Shown piece by piece: positions 48,650-59,369 of a DNA stretch of 64,000 nucleotides. Where the stretch lies: contig JBAYIR010000005.1 in NCBI GenBank assembly GCA_041665505.1, forward strand, positions 225 to 64,224, written 5' to 3'. Source of the stretch: Patescibacteria group bacterium (GTDB taxonomy: Bacteria > Patescibacteriota > Patescibacteriia > UBA1558 > GWA2-36-10). Both the position numbers and the translations under genes were made by a program. The notes beneath the pieces were generated by a model. The model made no database searches, had not been told where the DNA came from, and worked only from the letters and a program-made list of their open reading frames with translations. Each line of letters begins with the position of its first letter. Within the stretch, counting starts at the first letter, position 1.

Positions 48650-50839
48650 ATGGTCTTAGAACACAAGTTAAAAAAGATAAATCTGGTTCTAGCATTGTTT
48701 ATAATGTTTAGTCCACTAATAGCTCATTATGAGTATATTTTTCCTTATATTTATTTGAAAAATATTGTTTTTAGATCCCTAGTTCTTTTGGGGATATTTT
48801 TTGTGGCTTGGTATACTTTACACAAGGACAAAATCAGTGTTAAGAAATATCTAATATTTTTGGCTTTTATAGTTTTTTTGCTAGTGCAAATACTAGCTAC
48901 TATCTTTGGTGTAAATGTGATTAATAGCACTTTGGGAAATTTTGAGAGAATGGACGGCTTATTAAATTTAATATCACTAGCTTTATATTTTTTATTTTTG
49001 ATAAATACTTTCAAAAGCACCAAAGATTGGTTATGGATATTTAGGGCCTCTATTATAGCCTCTCTACTGGTTGTTGCTTATGAACTTTTTGGTCGCTGGG
49101 GTTGGATAGGTGATACGCCTATTCCTCATAAATCTGGCACTATTGGTACTACTTTGTATTTTGGTTCTTATTTGATGTTTAATGTATTTTTTGCTTTATT
49201 GGCCTATTACATAGATAGACATAGATATTGGAAAATATTTTATTTGTTAAGCATAATTCTGGAAGTAGTTTTTATTTTTATTAATGCTTCTCGTTCTTCT
49301 ATGATTGGTTTAGTAGCGGGCATGGGTTTGCTACTAGTATTTATGTTTTTTAGGGTTAATAAAAAATTAAAAATATTATTTATTAGCTTGATTATTATTT
49401 TCCTATCTTTAGTGGGACTGGTGATAGCTCAGAGAAATAGTGCTTGGGTGCAAAATATTTATTTTTTAGAGCGTTTGACCAATATTTCTAGAGATGATTT
49501 TTCTACTAATAATAGATTATTGACTTGGCAGGTATCACTAAAGGCTTTTTATGATAAGCCAATTTTAGGCTATGGTCCAGAAAATGCTGTCTATGCCGTG
49601 AGTAAGTATCATAATCCAGAAGTTTCAGAACAATGGTTTGATAGAGCCCATAATTTTGTGCTAGATCATTTGCTCAACGCTGGTATTTTAGGGCTTTTAA
49701 GTTTCTTGGCTATATTTGTTCTAGCCTTTAAAGCTTCTTGGCACTATCTTAAAAAACATTATTTTTTAGCAGCTACTTTGATGGCTACTTTAGTGGCTTA
49801 TCTCATTAGTAATTTATTTACTTTTGATTCTTTGGTTACTTGGTTGCCACTAGTGCTCATCTTGGCTTTTATAGATTTTTTGGCTATTCAAGATAAGGAA
49901 GTTAAACAAATAGAATTGCCACTGTGGCTGAGAAAAAGTAAAAAAATAATATTGGTAATTATCCTTATATTATTTTCTACTTATGCTTACTTTATGATTA
50001 TTAGACCGACTCAGGCCAATAAATTGGGCATTAGAGCGGTTAGATCTATATATACTCAGACAAGTAATATGGATAAGAGTTTGGAAAAATTCCAGCAAGC
50101 TTTTGATTATAATACTTATGGTAATGGTGAGATTGCTAGAGCGCTAGCCGATATAGCTAAATTGAAAATAGCTTCTGAAGATGTGACTGTTAGTGATAAA
50201 GAAAAAATTGTTTTGGAGTTGGAAAGAGAAGTTTTGTTTATTTTGGAGCGTGATCCTATCAATGTCCGTATGAGGATGATGTTGGCTGATATTTATCTTG
50301 ATATAGCTGAGTTTGATATTTCTTATGCCGATAAAGCTATCGAAATAGTAGAGCCTGGCTTTGCTGATTCTCCAAATAGATTGGAGCTTCATGCTATCAT
50401 GGCTAGGGCTTATCTGACTAAAAATGATTTAGGTAAAGCTTTGGAATATTTGGAGCAGTCTCTAGCTATTTATGATGGTCGGGAACAAGATTATCTAAAT
50501 GTGTTTTATTTACTCTACAAACACAACGATATAGAAAAAATGGACTCTTATATGACTAAATATTTGGCTAGATTTGATAATATTAGTGTAGAAAATTATA
50601 ATATTATAGCTCGTTATTATATCAATATGTTGGCCGGACAAAAATTATTGGACAGCGGTATTTGTCAGCGTTTGATTGAGCTACAGCCAGAGGTCATTGG
50701 GCACCGAACAGTATTGTTGGATGCTTACAATAGTGCTGGCTTAAAAGCAGAGGCTTTAGAATATATAGCTAGTATGTCTGCTATAAATCCTGAATGGCCT
50801 GATAAACTTCAAAAATATTGGAAGCTAATACAAGATTAA
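48650..50839 (+). CDS. O-antigen ligase (Wzy_C) family membrane protein with TPR tail
   Basis: ERMDG, SRSS, KPILGYGPE and FDRAHN; many TMs; helical repeats. Confidence 0.88.
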   Translation: MVLEHKLKKINLVLALFIMFSPLIAHYEYIFPYIYLKNIVFRSLVLLGIFFVAWYTLHKDKISVKKYLIFLAFIVFLLVQILATIFGVNVINSTLGNFERMDGLLNLISLALYFLFLINTFKSTKDWLWIFRASIIASLLVVAYELFGRWGWIGDTPIPHKSGTIGTTLYFGSYLMFNVFFALLAYYIDRHRYWKIFYLLSIILEVVFIFINASRSSMIGLVAGMGLLLVFMFFRVNKKLKILFISLIIIFLSLVGLVIAQRNSAWVQNIYFLERLTNISRDDFSTNNRLLTWQVSLKAFYDKPILGYGPENAVYAVSKYHNPEVSEQWFDRAHNFVLDHLLNAGILGLLSFLAIFVLAFKASWHYLKKHYFLAATLMATLVAYLISNLFTFDSLVTWLPLVLILAFIDFLAIQDKEVKQIELPLWLRKSKKIILVIILILFSTYAYFMIIRPTQANKLGIRAVRSIYTQTSNMDKSLEKFQQAFDYNTYGNGEIARALADIAKLKIASEDVTVSDKEKIVLELEREVLFILERDPINVRMRMMLADIYLDIAEFDISYADKAIEIVEPGFADSPNRLELHAIMARAYLTKNDLGKALEYLEQSLAIYDGREQDYLNVFYLLYKHNDIEKMDSYMTKYLARFDNISVENYNIIARYYINMLAGQKLLDSGICQRLIELQPEVIGHRTVLLDAYNSAGLKAEALEYIASMSAINPEWPDKLQKYWKLIQD

Positions 50840-50845
50840 TAAATT

Positions 50846-53149
50846 ATGAACACCATTGATAAGTATTTAGACAAAGTATTAAAAATAATTATAGCCAGTA
50901 TATTTTTCTTGCCTTTTGTAATTAGCGCTGATTTTTATTTCCCTTTTATCACGCCTAGAAATTTTTTGTTTAGAATTATAGTTACTATAGTAGTAGCTTT
51001 ATATTTGTATTTATTTTTTAGAAATAAACAAAAATATACTTTTGGTAAAAATAAACTAGTGCTAGCTTATGTAGCTTTGGTGTTTATCATGACCTTGGCT
51101 AGTTTACTAGGAGGCGATTTTCGCTATAGTTTTTGGAGCAACTACGAGCGGATGGATGGTTTATTAAGTTTGTATTATTTAGTAGCATTACTTTTAGTAA
51201 TATTGGGCGTTTATAGACGGAAAAAAGCTTGGTTGGATTTACTGAGGATATCGGTCTGGTCATCACTCTTAATGGCTATTATGGCTATTAGTCAGCATTG
51301 GGATATAAATTTGTTTATGGAGTCATCAGGTGGGGAGAGGGTATCTGGCACCTTAGGCAATGCGGCTTATTTGGCAGCTTATGCTTTGTTTAATTTATTT
51401 TTTGCTTTGTATTTATTTTTTAATGATAAAGATAGGCGACCAAAATTGGAATTATGGTTTTTTTATGTTTTGGATATTTTACTTATTGTATTTGAATTAT
51501 TTGGGCGAGGTAAAGGAATCTTAGCTGAATTATTGGCTGATATTAGAATATTTTTATTGTTTGTAATACCGCAGATATTTATTATATTAAATTATTATTT
51601 TTATAATACCAAAAAAACTATTAAATATAGTTTATCAGCTTATTTTATTTTGATAGCCTTGTTGAATTTTTTGGCTTTGTTTAATACTCAAACTAGAGGA
51701 GTGCTAGTCGGCTTATTTGTAGCGGCTCTCTTAGTAGCAATATTTTTATTGTTTAGTAAATATATAAATAAAAAATTTAAATATTTCATTTTAAGTGCTT
51801 TAGTTTTGTTGATTTTATTTTGTGCTGGCATATTTGTTTTCAAAAATTCTAGTTTTATACAAGCCAATAATACCTTAAGAAGAGTAGCTAATATATCAGT
51901 TTCTGACGCTACCGCAGAAACTAGGCTACTGACTTGGCAGTTGAGTCTCAAAGGTTTTAAAGAAAAACCAATACTGGGTTGGGGGGAAGAAAAATTTTAT
52001 GTAGTGTTTAATAAATATTTTCCAAATCAAATTTTTAAAGATACTGGTTCAAGAGTATGGTTTGATAGGCCACATAATGTATTTTTACAACAATTGGTTC
52101 ATGGGGGTATTTTGGGTTTATTGGCTTATTTGGCAATTTTTCTCTTGGCTTTTAAGAATTTGTGGAGGCATTATAAGAAAACACACAATCCAATCACTAT
52201 TAGTATTTTTGGTGGTTTACTAATAGCTTATCTAGTACAAAACTTTTTTGTTTTTGACAGCATAAATTCTTATATTCCACTTATAGTCTGTTTGGCGGTC
52301 AGTGTATTTTTGGCGGGGGATGCCAAGGGTGATAAAAAAACCAAAGGTTTTGTCGAAGGCTCAGAGCAAGAGCGTGGGAATAAAAATAATAGCAGAGCAA
52401 ATAATACATTAGCTCTGGGAGCAGTATTATTAGTTTTGTTTTTGGGTTATATTTTGAATATTCCACAGCTCTTGACCAATCATAACTTTATCGTTCAATA
52501 TGAAACTTTACGTAAAGGTATTAGCCAAGGTAAATATAAAAAAGCGGATACTGACAAATTATTGGAGATTATAGATAGCCAGTATTTTGGTAAATTTGAG
52601 CTTAGACAAGTCTATGCGGAGTTTGTACCGAGCCTCATAGCCGCTAAAGCTTTATCGCCTTTGGAAACAAAATATTTTATAGATACTGCTGAAGCCAAAA
52701 TGCTTAAAAGCATAGATGAACAACCTGATAATGTGCGCCACCATAGCTTTTTATTAAATTTATATTTATATACCTCTACTTTAGATGCTTCTTATGCAGA
52801 AAAAGCTGTGGCTTTGATAGAAAACAAAGCTATCCCACTTAGTCCGACTCGTATTCAGTTGTATTATTCTCTGGGGCAAGCTTATATGAGTTTGGGTCAA
52901 AAAGATCAGGCAGTTACTAGTTTTTTAAAAGCCAAAGAATTAGCACCAAAAGTTTTTGATTCTTATTATAATTTGATTTATACCTACTTAAATATAGCTG
53001 ACTATAATGCTGCTCAAGCTACTTTGGAAGAAATGCACAGCAATGTGCCTAATATCAGTAATAATAATTATGTGCGCTTGGCGGCTTTGTATAATTATTT
53101 TGGTAAGCAAGAGGAGCTAGATAAAATAATAAATGGTCCACAAAAATAG
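50846..53149 (+). CDS. O-antigen ligase family membrane protein with TPR tail (paralog)
   Basis: ERMDG, GTLGNA, TRG, KPILGWG and FDRPHN. Confidence 0.88.
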   Translation: MNTIDKYLDKVLKIIIASIFFLPFVISADFYFPFITPRNFLFRIIVTIVVALYLYLFFRNKQKYTFGKNKLVLAYVALVFIMTLASLLGGDFRYSFWSNYERMDGLLSLYYLVALLLVILGVYRRKKAWLDLLRISVWSSLLMAIMAISQHWDINLFMESSGGERVSGTLGNAAYLAAYALFNLFFALYLFFNDKDRRPKLELWFFYVLDILLIVFELFGRGKGILAELLADIRIFLLFVIPQIFIILNYYFYNTKKTIKYSLSAYFILIALLNFLALFNTQTRGVLVGLFVAALLVAIFLLFSKYINKKFKYFILSALVLLILFCAGIFVFKNSSFIQANNTLRRVANISVSDATAETRLLTWQLSLKGFKEKPILGWGEEKFYVVFNKYFPNQIFKDTGSRVWFDRPHNVFLQQLVHGGILGLLAYLAIFLLAFKNLWRHYKKTHNPITISIFGGLLIAYLVQNFFVFDSINSYIPLIVCLAVSVFLAGDAKGDKKTKGFVEGSEQERGNKNNSRANNTLALGAVLLVLFLGYILNIPQLLTNHNFIVQYETLRKGISQGKYKKADTDKLLEIIDSQYFGKFELRQVYAEFVPSLIAAKALSPLETKYFIDTAEAKMLKSIDEQPDNVRHHSFLLNLYLYTSTLDASYAEKAVALIENKAIPLSPTRIQLYYSLGQAYMSLGQKDQAVTSFLKAKELAPKVFDSYYNLIYTYLNIADYNAAQATLEEMHSNVPNISNNNYVRLAALYNYFGKQEELDKIINGPQK

Positions 53150-53202
53150 TATTTTAAAATAAAAAAGCTCTCCACTAAGGAGAGTTTTTTTGTTTAGAGA
53201 AA

Positions 53203-53592
53203 TTAGGCAGTCATTATGAGTTTAACTTCTTTTTTGTTGATAATCTTTTTATTATCCAAAACTTTTATGAGGGTGTTTACTTTTTTGTCTTTTTTATCTA
53301 CTGTGCCTAGCATATCTATTTTAAGGTCGCTTAGTTTATCATCTAGATAATCTTTGGTCACCATGGTAGATTCAATTTTATCAAAACGTTGATCAATCTT
53401 ATCAAAACGCTCTTCTGTATGGTTAGCAAAATCATTGATAGCACTAGCTAATTTATCAATGTTAGTAGTATTTTGGCTTACTTTCACGTCTAAGTCTTGC
53501 AATTTTTTGTCTAAAACCTGCACTGTTTTGTCTAAACCTTGCACGGCTTGGAGTATTTTTTGATTTGATACGTTGCTTTTCTTCTTAAGCAT
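53203..53592 (-). CDS. Coiled-coil heptad-repeat hypothetical protein
   Basis: VQxLDK repeats, ERFDKIDQRFDKIE and MVTKDYLDDKL. Confidence 0.75.
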   Translation of the reverse strand: MLKKKSNVSNQKILQAVQGLDKTVQVLDKKLQDLDVKVSQNTTNIDKLASAINDFANHTEERFDKIDQRFDKIESTMVTKDYLDDKLSDLKIDMLGTVDKKDKKVNTLIKVLDNKKIINKKEVKLIMTA

Positions 53593-53653
53593 AGTTTTAT
53601 TAGTTAATTATTTAGGTCATTGTATTATACAATGGTGATTTTTAGCTGTCAAT

Positions 53654-54877
53654 TTAGAATAATTTATTATAAATATTCTTAGTTTTTTCTAAAGTATTTT
53701 TAAGATCAAAATTTTCTTGGATATTTTGATAGTTTTTATTTATCATTTCAGGGCTACAATGAATTATGTTTTTGATAGCTTCAGCTAGAGCTAGAGGATT
53801 AGCTGCTTCAACTAATAGCCCAGTAACTCGGTCTGCAATAATTTCTGGCACGCCGCCAACCCGAGTAGCTACTATAGGTATTTTGGCCAGTCCTGCTTCT
53901 AAGAGAGTATAGGGCAGACCTTCTTTGACAGAGGGAAGTATAAAAGCCTCAAAAGCTAGCAGATATTTATAAGCATCATCTTTAGCTCCTAAGAGTTGAA
54001 AATATTTATCTAAATTATTTTCCTTTATTTGTTGTTTAATTTTATTCTGCTCCGGTCCATCACCAATCAGTACAAATTGATATTCATCTAAAATAGGAGA
54101 TTTACTTTCAGCAAGTATTTTGACAGCTTCAACTAAATAATTATAGCCTTTGCTTTGATAAAAACTGGCAATAGTGCCAAAATATTTCTTACTGCTGTCT
54201 AATTTTAATTTTTCCAAGGCACTTTGCCGGTCATAAAATTTGTAATTATCTATATCAATACCATTGTGTATGGTAATTAGTTTTTCTTCATAAGTAATTT
54301 TATTGGCAATAGCACTTTGTCTATCAGCTTCAGAGACAGTAATAATCAGATGTTCAATGCTAGTTGAAATTATTTCAGATAATTTGTATATTTTTTTTCG
54401 GAGTTTTGATAGAGGCTCATTGAAGACAAAACCATGGGCAGTGTACACTAAGCGTAGTTTGGTGTTCATCGGATTAGCGCTATACATACGAGCGGCTAAA
54501 GATCCTAATAATCCTACTTTGGAGCTATTAAGATGAACTAAATCATAATGACCAGCATTGTATATTCTGAGAATTTCCATGATAGCTAAATAATCTCTAC
54601 CCAAATCTATTTGTCTACCTAGGTAGGGGACGGCAATAGATTTTATTTTGAGCTCCTCTAAGATTTGAAAAAATTTAGGGTCTTTATTTTTTTCTTCGCC
54701 ATAAGCTACATGGACTTCATTAGCTCTAGAAAAATATTTGGCTAGCTCCAAGACATATTTTTGGGCTCCTCCCCATTTACTTTGAGTGACAATATAGAGT
54801 ATTTTTTTGTTTTTAAACTCTTTTTTATCCTGTGTTGAGCTTGCCGAAGCATTATCTTTTTGGCTAATATTAGACAT
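53654..54877 (-). CDS. Glycosyltransferase family 4
   Basis: GGAQ, HLNSSK, YTAHG and EGLPYTLLEA. Confidence 0.93.
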   Translation of the reverse strand: MSNISQKDNASASSTQDKKEFKNKKILYIVTQSKWGGAQKYVLELAKYFSRANEVHVAYGEEKNKDPKFFQILEELKIKSIAVPYLGRQIDLGRDYLAIMEILRIYNAGHYDLVHLNSSKVGLLGSLAARMYSANPMNTKLRLVYTAHGFVFNEPLSKLRKKIYKLSEIISTSIEHLIITVSEADRQSAIANKITYEEKLITIHNGIDIDNYKFYDRQSALEKLKLDSSKKYFGTIASFYQSKGYNYLVEAVKILAESKSPILDEYQFVLIGDGPEQNKIKQQIKENNLDKYFQLLGAKDDAYKYLLAFEAFILPSVKEGLPYTLLEAGLAKIPIVATRVGGVPEIIADRVTGLLVEAANPLALAEAIKNIIHCSPEMINKNYQNIQENFDLKNTLEKTKNIYNKLF

Positions 54878-54966
54878 TTGTTTAATTGATTTATTTACTA
54901 AATACTGGTATAATTTTATAGTATTTACAGGGCTAAAGCAAGTTTTTAATAGAGAAATATTTTAAG

Positions 54967-56079
54967 ATGAAAATAGTTATTGCTACAGGGGTATATAAAA
55001 TTGGTGGTCCAGCCACTTATACGCGTTTGATGACAGAATATTTATCTTCTCAGAATATTAAGGTAGAGGTCTTAAGTTTTGATGAGGTTAAAAAATTTCC
55101 TAAAGTCATTAGGCATTTTATTTTTTTTATAAAAATATTTATTAAATTATTCAAAACAGATTTAGTCTTTGCTCAGGATCCAGTCAGCGTTGGTTTGCCG
55201 AGTTTATTGGCCGCCAAAATTCTTAGAAAAAAAATAATTATTCGTTTTGTCGGTGATTATGCTTGGGAACAATCTGTCCAGCGATTTTCTGTCAAAGATG
55301 GCATTGACGCTTTCCAAAATAATAAATATGGATTCAAAGTAGAATTTTTACGCCGCATTCAAATATTTGTTTTAAATCATGTAGATAAAATTATTACTCC
55401 TAGTGTTTATTTTGGCGAAGTGGCCAAAAAATGGCTGAAAGACAAAAATAAAGTAAAACCAATCTACAATGGCATTGATACTAATTTGCCGATTTTAAAT
55501 AAGCTTGAGGCTAGAAAAAAATTGTCTTTAAAAAATGAAGACATAATTTTATTTACAGCGGGTAGATTAGTGCCTTGGAAAGGTATTGATGTTTTGATAG
55601 ATATTATGCCGGACTTATTGAAAAAAGATAATAGGTATAGACTGATGATTGTTGGGGACGGTCCAGAGGAAGAAAAATTAAAAAAACAAATTAAAGATTT
55701 GCAATTAAAAAAAGTAGTATACTTCAAGGGGCGTTTGAGTAGAGAAGATTTACTTTTAAATTTACAGGCGGCAGATATTTTTATTTTAAATACAGGTTTT
55801 GAAAGTTTTTCTTTTCAAGTATTAGAGGCTATGTATTATAATGTTCCAGTTATTACTACTAATATTTGTAATTTGCCAGAAATAATAAAAAATAATCAAG
55901 AAGGTATCTTAGTTGATTATAATAATAAAACACAAATTATAGCCGCTATAGAAAAATTGTTAGCTGATAGTAGTTTTAGAGATAGTATAATAAAAAATGC
56001 CAAACAGAGGGCAGAGTATTTCTCTATTCAAAAAACTATGGATAATTTATTGGAGCTTTTAAAAAGCCTAGAGTCATAA
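54967..56079 (+). CDS. Glycosyltransferase family 4
   Basis: GGPATY, GRLVPWKG and ESFSFQVLEAM. Confidence 0.92.
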   Translation: MKIVIATGVYKIGGPATYTRLMTEYLSSQNIKVEVLSFDEVKKFPKVIRHFIFFIKIFIKLFKTDLVFAQDPVSVGLPSLLAAKILRKKIIIRFVGDYAWEQSVQRFSVKDGIDAFQNNKYGFKVEFLRRIQIFVLNHVDKIITPSVYFGEVAKKWLKDKNKVKPIYNGIDTNLPILNKLEARKKLSLKNEDIILFTAGRLVPWKGIDVLIDIMPDLLKKDNRYRLMIVGDGPEEEKLKKQIKDLQLKKVVYFKGRLSREDLLLNLQAADIFILNTGFESFSFQVLEAMYYNVPVITTNICNLPEIIKNNQEGILVDYNNKTQIIAAIEKLLADSSFRDSIIKNAKQRAEYFSIQKTMDNLLELLKSLES

Positions 56080-56091
56080 ATTTATAAGGGG

Positions 56092-57171
56092 ATGAAAGTC
56101 ATAAACTTAAGTTTAGATAATAAAATACTAGATAAAAACTCAGCGGTGGCTCAGAGAGCTATTTCTTATGGCGCTTTATTAGATGAATATTTGATTGTTT
56201 TAGTCGGTAAAAATCAAAATGTTAATTTGTCTGCCAAAACAAAAGTAGTTGCTATGGCAGCTACTAATAAATTTTTTACTTTATTTAAAATTTATAAATA
56301 TCTGCTAGCTAAATTGTCGGTTAATAAATATGATATTATTACTATTCAAGATACTTATTATCTAGCCTTTTTGGGGTTATTTTTAGGCAAAAAATTTCAT
56401 ATCAAAGTAGAACTACAAGTCCATGGCTTTGAAAAATTATCTGGCTTAAGAAAATTTTTAGCTAAATATAATCTCAAGAGAGCTGACACCATCAGAGTAG
56501 TCAGTCAAAGATTAAAAGATAAAATTGTTAGTGAATTTTCTGTGGAGGCAAAAAAGCTTTATATAGTGCCAGTAGCTATAGATAAAGACCATTTGATAGC
56601 CTTACAAGATGGTTTTAATTTGAAAGAACAATATCCTAATAATTTTATTTTTTTGACAGTTTCTAGACTAGTACCGATAAAAAATATTGCTATGCAAATC
56701 AGAGCTTTGTCTCAGATAAAAAATGATAATATAAAACTAGTCATTGTTGGTGAAGGGCCAGAAGAAAATAATTTGAAAAATTTGGTCAGCCAATTAGGCT
56801 TGTCTGATAAAGTAGAGTTCTCTGGTGCTTGGGTTGAACATTTAGCTAGTTATTATCAGAGTGCTGATTGTCTACTACTTAGTTCAAATAGTGAGGGTTA
56901 CGGCATGGTAGTAGCCGAAGCAGTTTTGGCTGGCTTACCAGTAATAATGACAGAAGTAGGAGTAGCCGGCGAATTATTGGAAAATAATGTCAACGGTTTA
57001 GTGGTACCAGTAGCTGATGAGCAGTCTTTTACTCAGGCTATGATGAGGGTAATAGAAGAAGATAGTTTATTACAAAAATTTTCTGCTAATTCTATAGCCT
57101 TTAAAGATAAAATTTTAGACAAAGAGCAGTTAATAAATAAAGTAGTGGAGCATTGGCAGACAATATTATGA
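56092..57171 (+). CDS. Glycosyltransferase family 4
   Basis: SRLVPIKN and EGYGMVVAEA. Confidence 0.92.
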   Translation: MKVINLSLDNKILDKNSAVAQRAISYGALLDEYLIVLVGKNQNVNLSAKTKVVAMAATNKFFTLFKIYKYLLAKLSVNKYDIITIQDTYYLAFLGLFLGKKFHIKVELQVHGFEKLSGLRKFLAKYNLKRADTIRVVSQRLKDKIVSEFSVEAKKLYIVPVAIDKDHLIALQDGFNLKEQYPNNFIFLTVSRLVPIKNIAMQIRALSQIKNDNIKLVIVGEGPEENNLKNLVSQLGLSDKVEFSGAWVEHLASYYQSADCLLLSSNSEGYGMVVAEAVLAGLPVIMTEVGVAGELLENNVNGLVVPVADEQSFTQAMMRVIEEDSLLQKFSANSIAFKDKILDKEQLINKVVEHWQTIL

Positions 57172-58238
57172 ATGATAAAGCCAAAAAAATTTGCTACGTC
57201 TTACCCAATTTTGATCTAAATATAGATACACATTATTTTTATTTATATGATTTTATAAATGAAGTAGCCAAAGATTTAGAGCTTACACTGCTCATTGAAA
57301 AAAGCAATTCGGATATTAGTTTTTTTAAAAATGTTCATAAAATTTATCAACAAAAATTTTCATGGAAGCCACTGCGGGTAATAGAAAATTTTTTATTACT
57401 ATTTTGGATTAGACTTGCTGGTGTTAAAAATTATTATATTCACTATTCATACATTTCAGCTATCAATGCAACTGTGATAGCTCGCTTATCAGGAGCCAGG
57501 ACTTTTTATTGGAGCTGTGGCATGATGTGGCTTTTTGCTAGAGATAGAGCTTTGGAATTTATTTTAAAGTCAATTAATTATCTGGTAACTGGTGTAGAGA
57601 CCTTAAAAGCTGGATATATAGAGCATTACAATATTACCCAAGACCGAATAAAGATAATGCCTAATTGGGTTGATTTGGCTAGATTTACTAACATTGATAG
57701 CACTAAGGTTTTGGAAAAATATAAATTAAATAGTAAAGGCTTATATATTCTTTTTGTCCATCGTCTAGCCAAGCGCAAAGGTGCTCACTATATAGCTCAG
57801 CTGGCTAAAGATAATCCAGAATATAAATTTTTAATAGCAGGTGATGGGCCGTATAAAGAAGATTTAGAAAAAGAAATAAAAGATTTAAATAATGTTATAA
57901 TACTTGGCAAAGTACCCAATAAAGATATTCCCAGTTTAATGAAGATTTCCAAATTATTTTTTATGCCCTCAGAAGAAGAAGGTTTTCCCAGAGTACTTTT
58001 GGAAGCTATGGCAGCTGGTCTTCCTTATGTAGCATATGATATTGGTGGGGTCAGAGAAATAAGTAGTCCAGAGCAACAAAAATATATTGTTAGTGGAGTC
58101 AGTAATATGGATAGAGCCATTAAAAGTATTTTGAGTAGTGAGGAAGAATACAATAAATTGAAACAAGCAAATTTAGAGCAGGTCAAACAGTTTGATATCA
58201 AAATAGTTAAAGATAAATTTAGCAGATTATTTTCTTAA
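57168..58238 (+). CDS. Glycosyltransferase family 4
   Basis: RLAKRKG and EGFPRVLLEAM. Confidence 0.92.
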   Translation: MNDKAKKICYVLPNFDLNIDTHYFYLYDFINEVAKDLELTLLIEKSNSDISFFKNVHKIYQQKFSWKPLRVIENFLLLFWIRLAGVKNYYIHYSYISAINATVIARLSGARTFYWSCGMMWLFARDRALEFILKSINYLVTGVETLKAGYIEHYNITQDRIKIMPNWVDLARFTNIDSTKVLEKYKLNSKGLYILFVHRLAKRKGAHYIAQLAKDNPEYKFLIAGDGPYKEDLEKEIKDLNNVIILGKVPNKDIPSLMKISKLFFMPSEEEGFPRVLLEAMAAGLPYVAYDIGGVREISSPEQQKYIVSGVSNMDRAIKSILSSEEEYNKLKQANLEQVKQFDIKIVKDKFSRLFS

Positions 58239-58239
58239 T

Positions 58240-59364
58240 ATGGGGGAGAAAAAAATAAAAATTGCGATTGTCATAAATAATATGATGATTGGTGGGGCAC
58301 AGAGATTGATAGTTGATCAGTTTAGATATTTTGATAGAAATAAATTTGATTATTCATTATTGATATTATCCAAATTTTCAGGGCAAGCTGATTTTATGGA
58401 CGAATTACCAAAGGATTTAAAGATTTATCAATTTGATTTTAAAAATTTTAGCAGTTTTAAAGAGTGGTTTAAATTATTTAAAATTTTACAAAAAATAAGA
58501 CCACAGGTAGTAAGATCCAGTCTATTTATGTCCAATACTATTGTCAGAGTTTTTAAACCATTTTTGGGCTATCAGGTGATAATTACAGAAAATAATACGC
58601 ATTACAATAAAAGTAAGTTTAAAATTTATTTGGACAAGCTACTAGCAATTTGGACATATAAAATAACTCCAGATTCTCAGACAGTGACTGATTTTACTAT
58701 CAAGCAGGAAAAAATAAATCAAAATAAATTTTTGACTATTTACAACGGTGTGGATATTGAGGAAATAAAAAATTATCTAAGTCTTAGTCAGGAAAATAAT
58801 TTAAAAAAAGAATTGGGTATAGCTCAAAACGGCAAGATAGTTTTAAATATCGCTAGACTAGTCAGACAAAAAAATCATAAATTACTAATAGAGTCTTTTG
58901 CTAAATTTTCTAAGCTACAGCCAGATTATAATTTGATAATAGTCGGTGATGGGACATTAATGCCAGATCTTAAAAAACAAGCCAAAGATTTGGGAGTGGA
59001 GAACAAAGTATTTTTCCCAGGCGCTAGCAAAGATTTATATCAGTATTATGCTATCAGCGATTTGTTTGTTATTAGCTCTACTCAAGAAGGATTTTGCCTG
59101 ACTGCAGTAATGGCTTTGGCTTTTGGTATACCAGTAGTAGCTACCAAGGTAGCGGGACTGGTAGAATATATAAAAGATGATTATAATGGATTGCTAGCAA
59201 CTTATAATTCAGATGAGCTGTCCCTTAAAATGTCCAAACTAGCTAGTTTGGAAATTGGGCAGAGAGAAATTTATAAAAAAAATTGCCAAGCTACAGCTGA
59301 AAACTTTGATATCAAAAAACACGCCAAAGCTTTTGAAGATTTATTTTTAGCTAGTTTAAATTAA
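58240..59364 (+). CDS. Glycosyltransferase family 4
   Basis: GGAQR, ARLVRQKN and EGF. Confidence 0.9.
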   Translation: MGEKKIKIAIVINNMMIGGAQRLIVDQFRYFDRNKFDYSLLILSKFSGQADFMDELPKDLKIYQFDFKNFSSFKEWFKLFKILQKIRPQVVRSSLFMSNTIVRVFKPFLGYQVIITENNTHYNKSKFKIYLDKLLAIWTYKITPDSQTVTDFTIKQEKINQNKFLTIYNGVDIEEIKNYLSLSQENNLKKELGIAQNGKIVLNIARLVRQKNHKLLIESFAKFSKLQPDYNLIIVGDGTLMPDLKKQAKDLGVENKVFFPGASKDLYQYYAISDLFVISSTQEGFCLTAVMALAFGIPVVATKVAGLVEYIKDDYNGLLATYNSDELSLKMSKLASLEIGQREIYKKNCQATAENFDIKKHAKAFEDLFLASLN

Positions 59365-59369
59365 AAAAT

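Noticed and set aside
1256-58166. Numerous short antisense or alternate-frame ORFs inside housekeeping genes
   Set aside because: They lie wholly within well-identified genes and have no independent signals.
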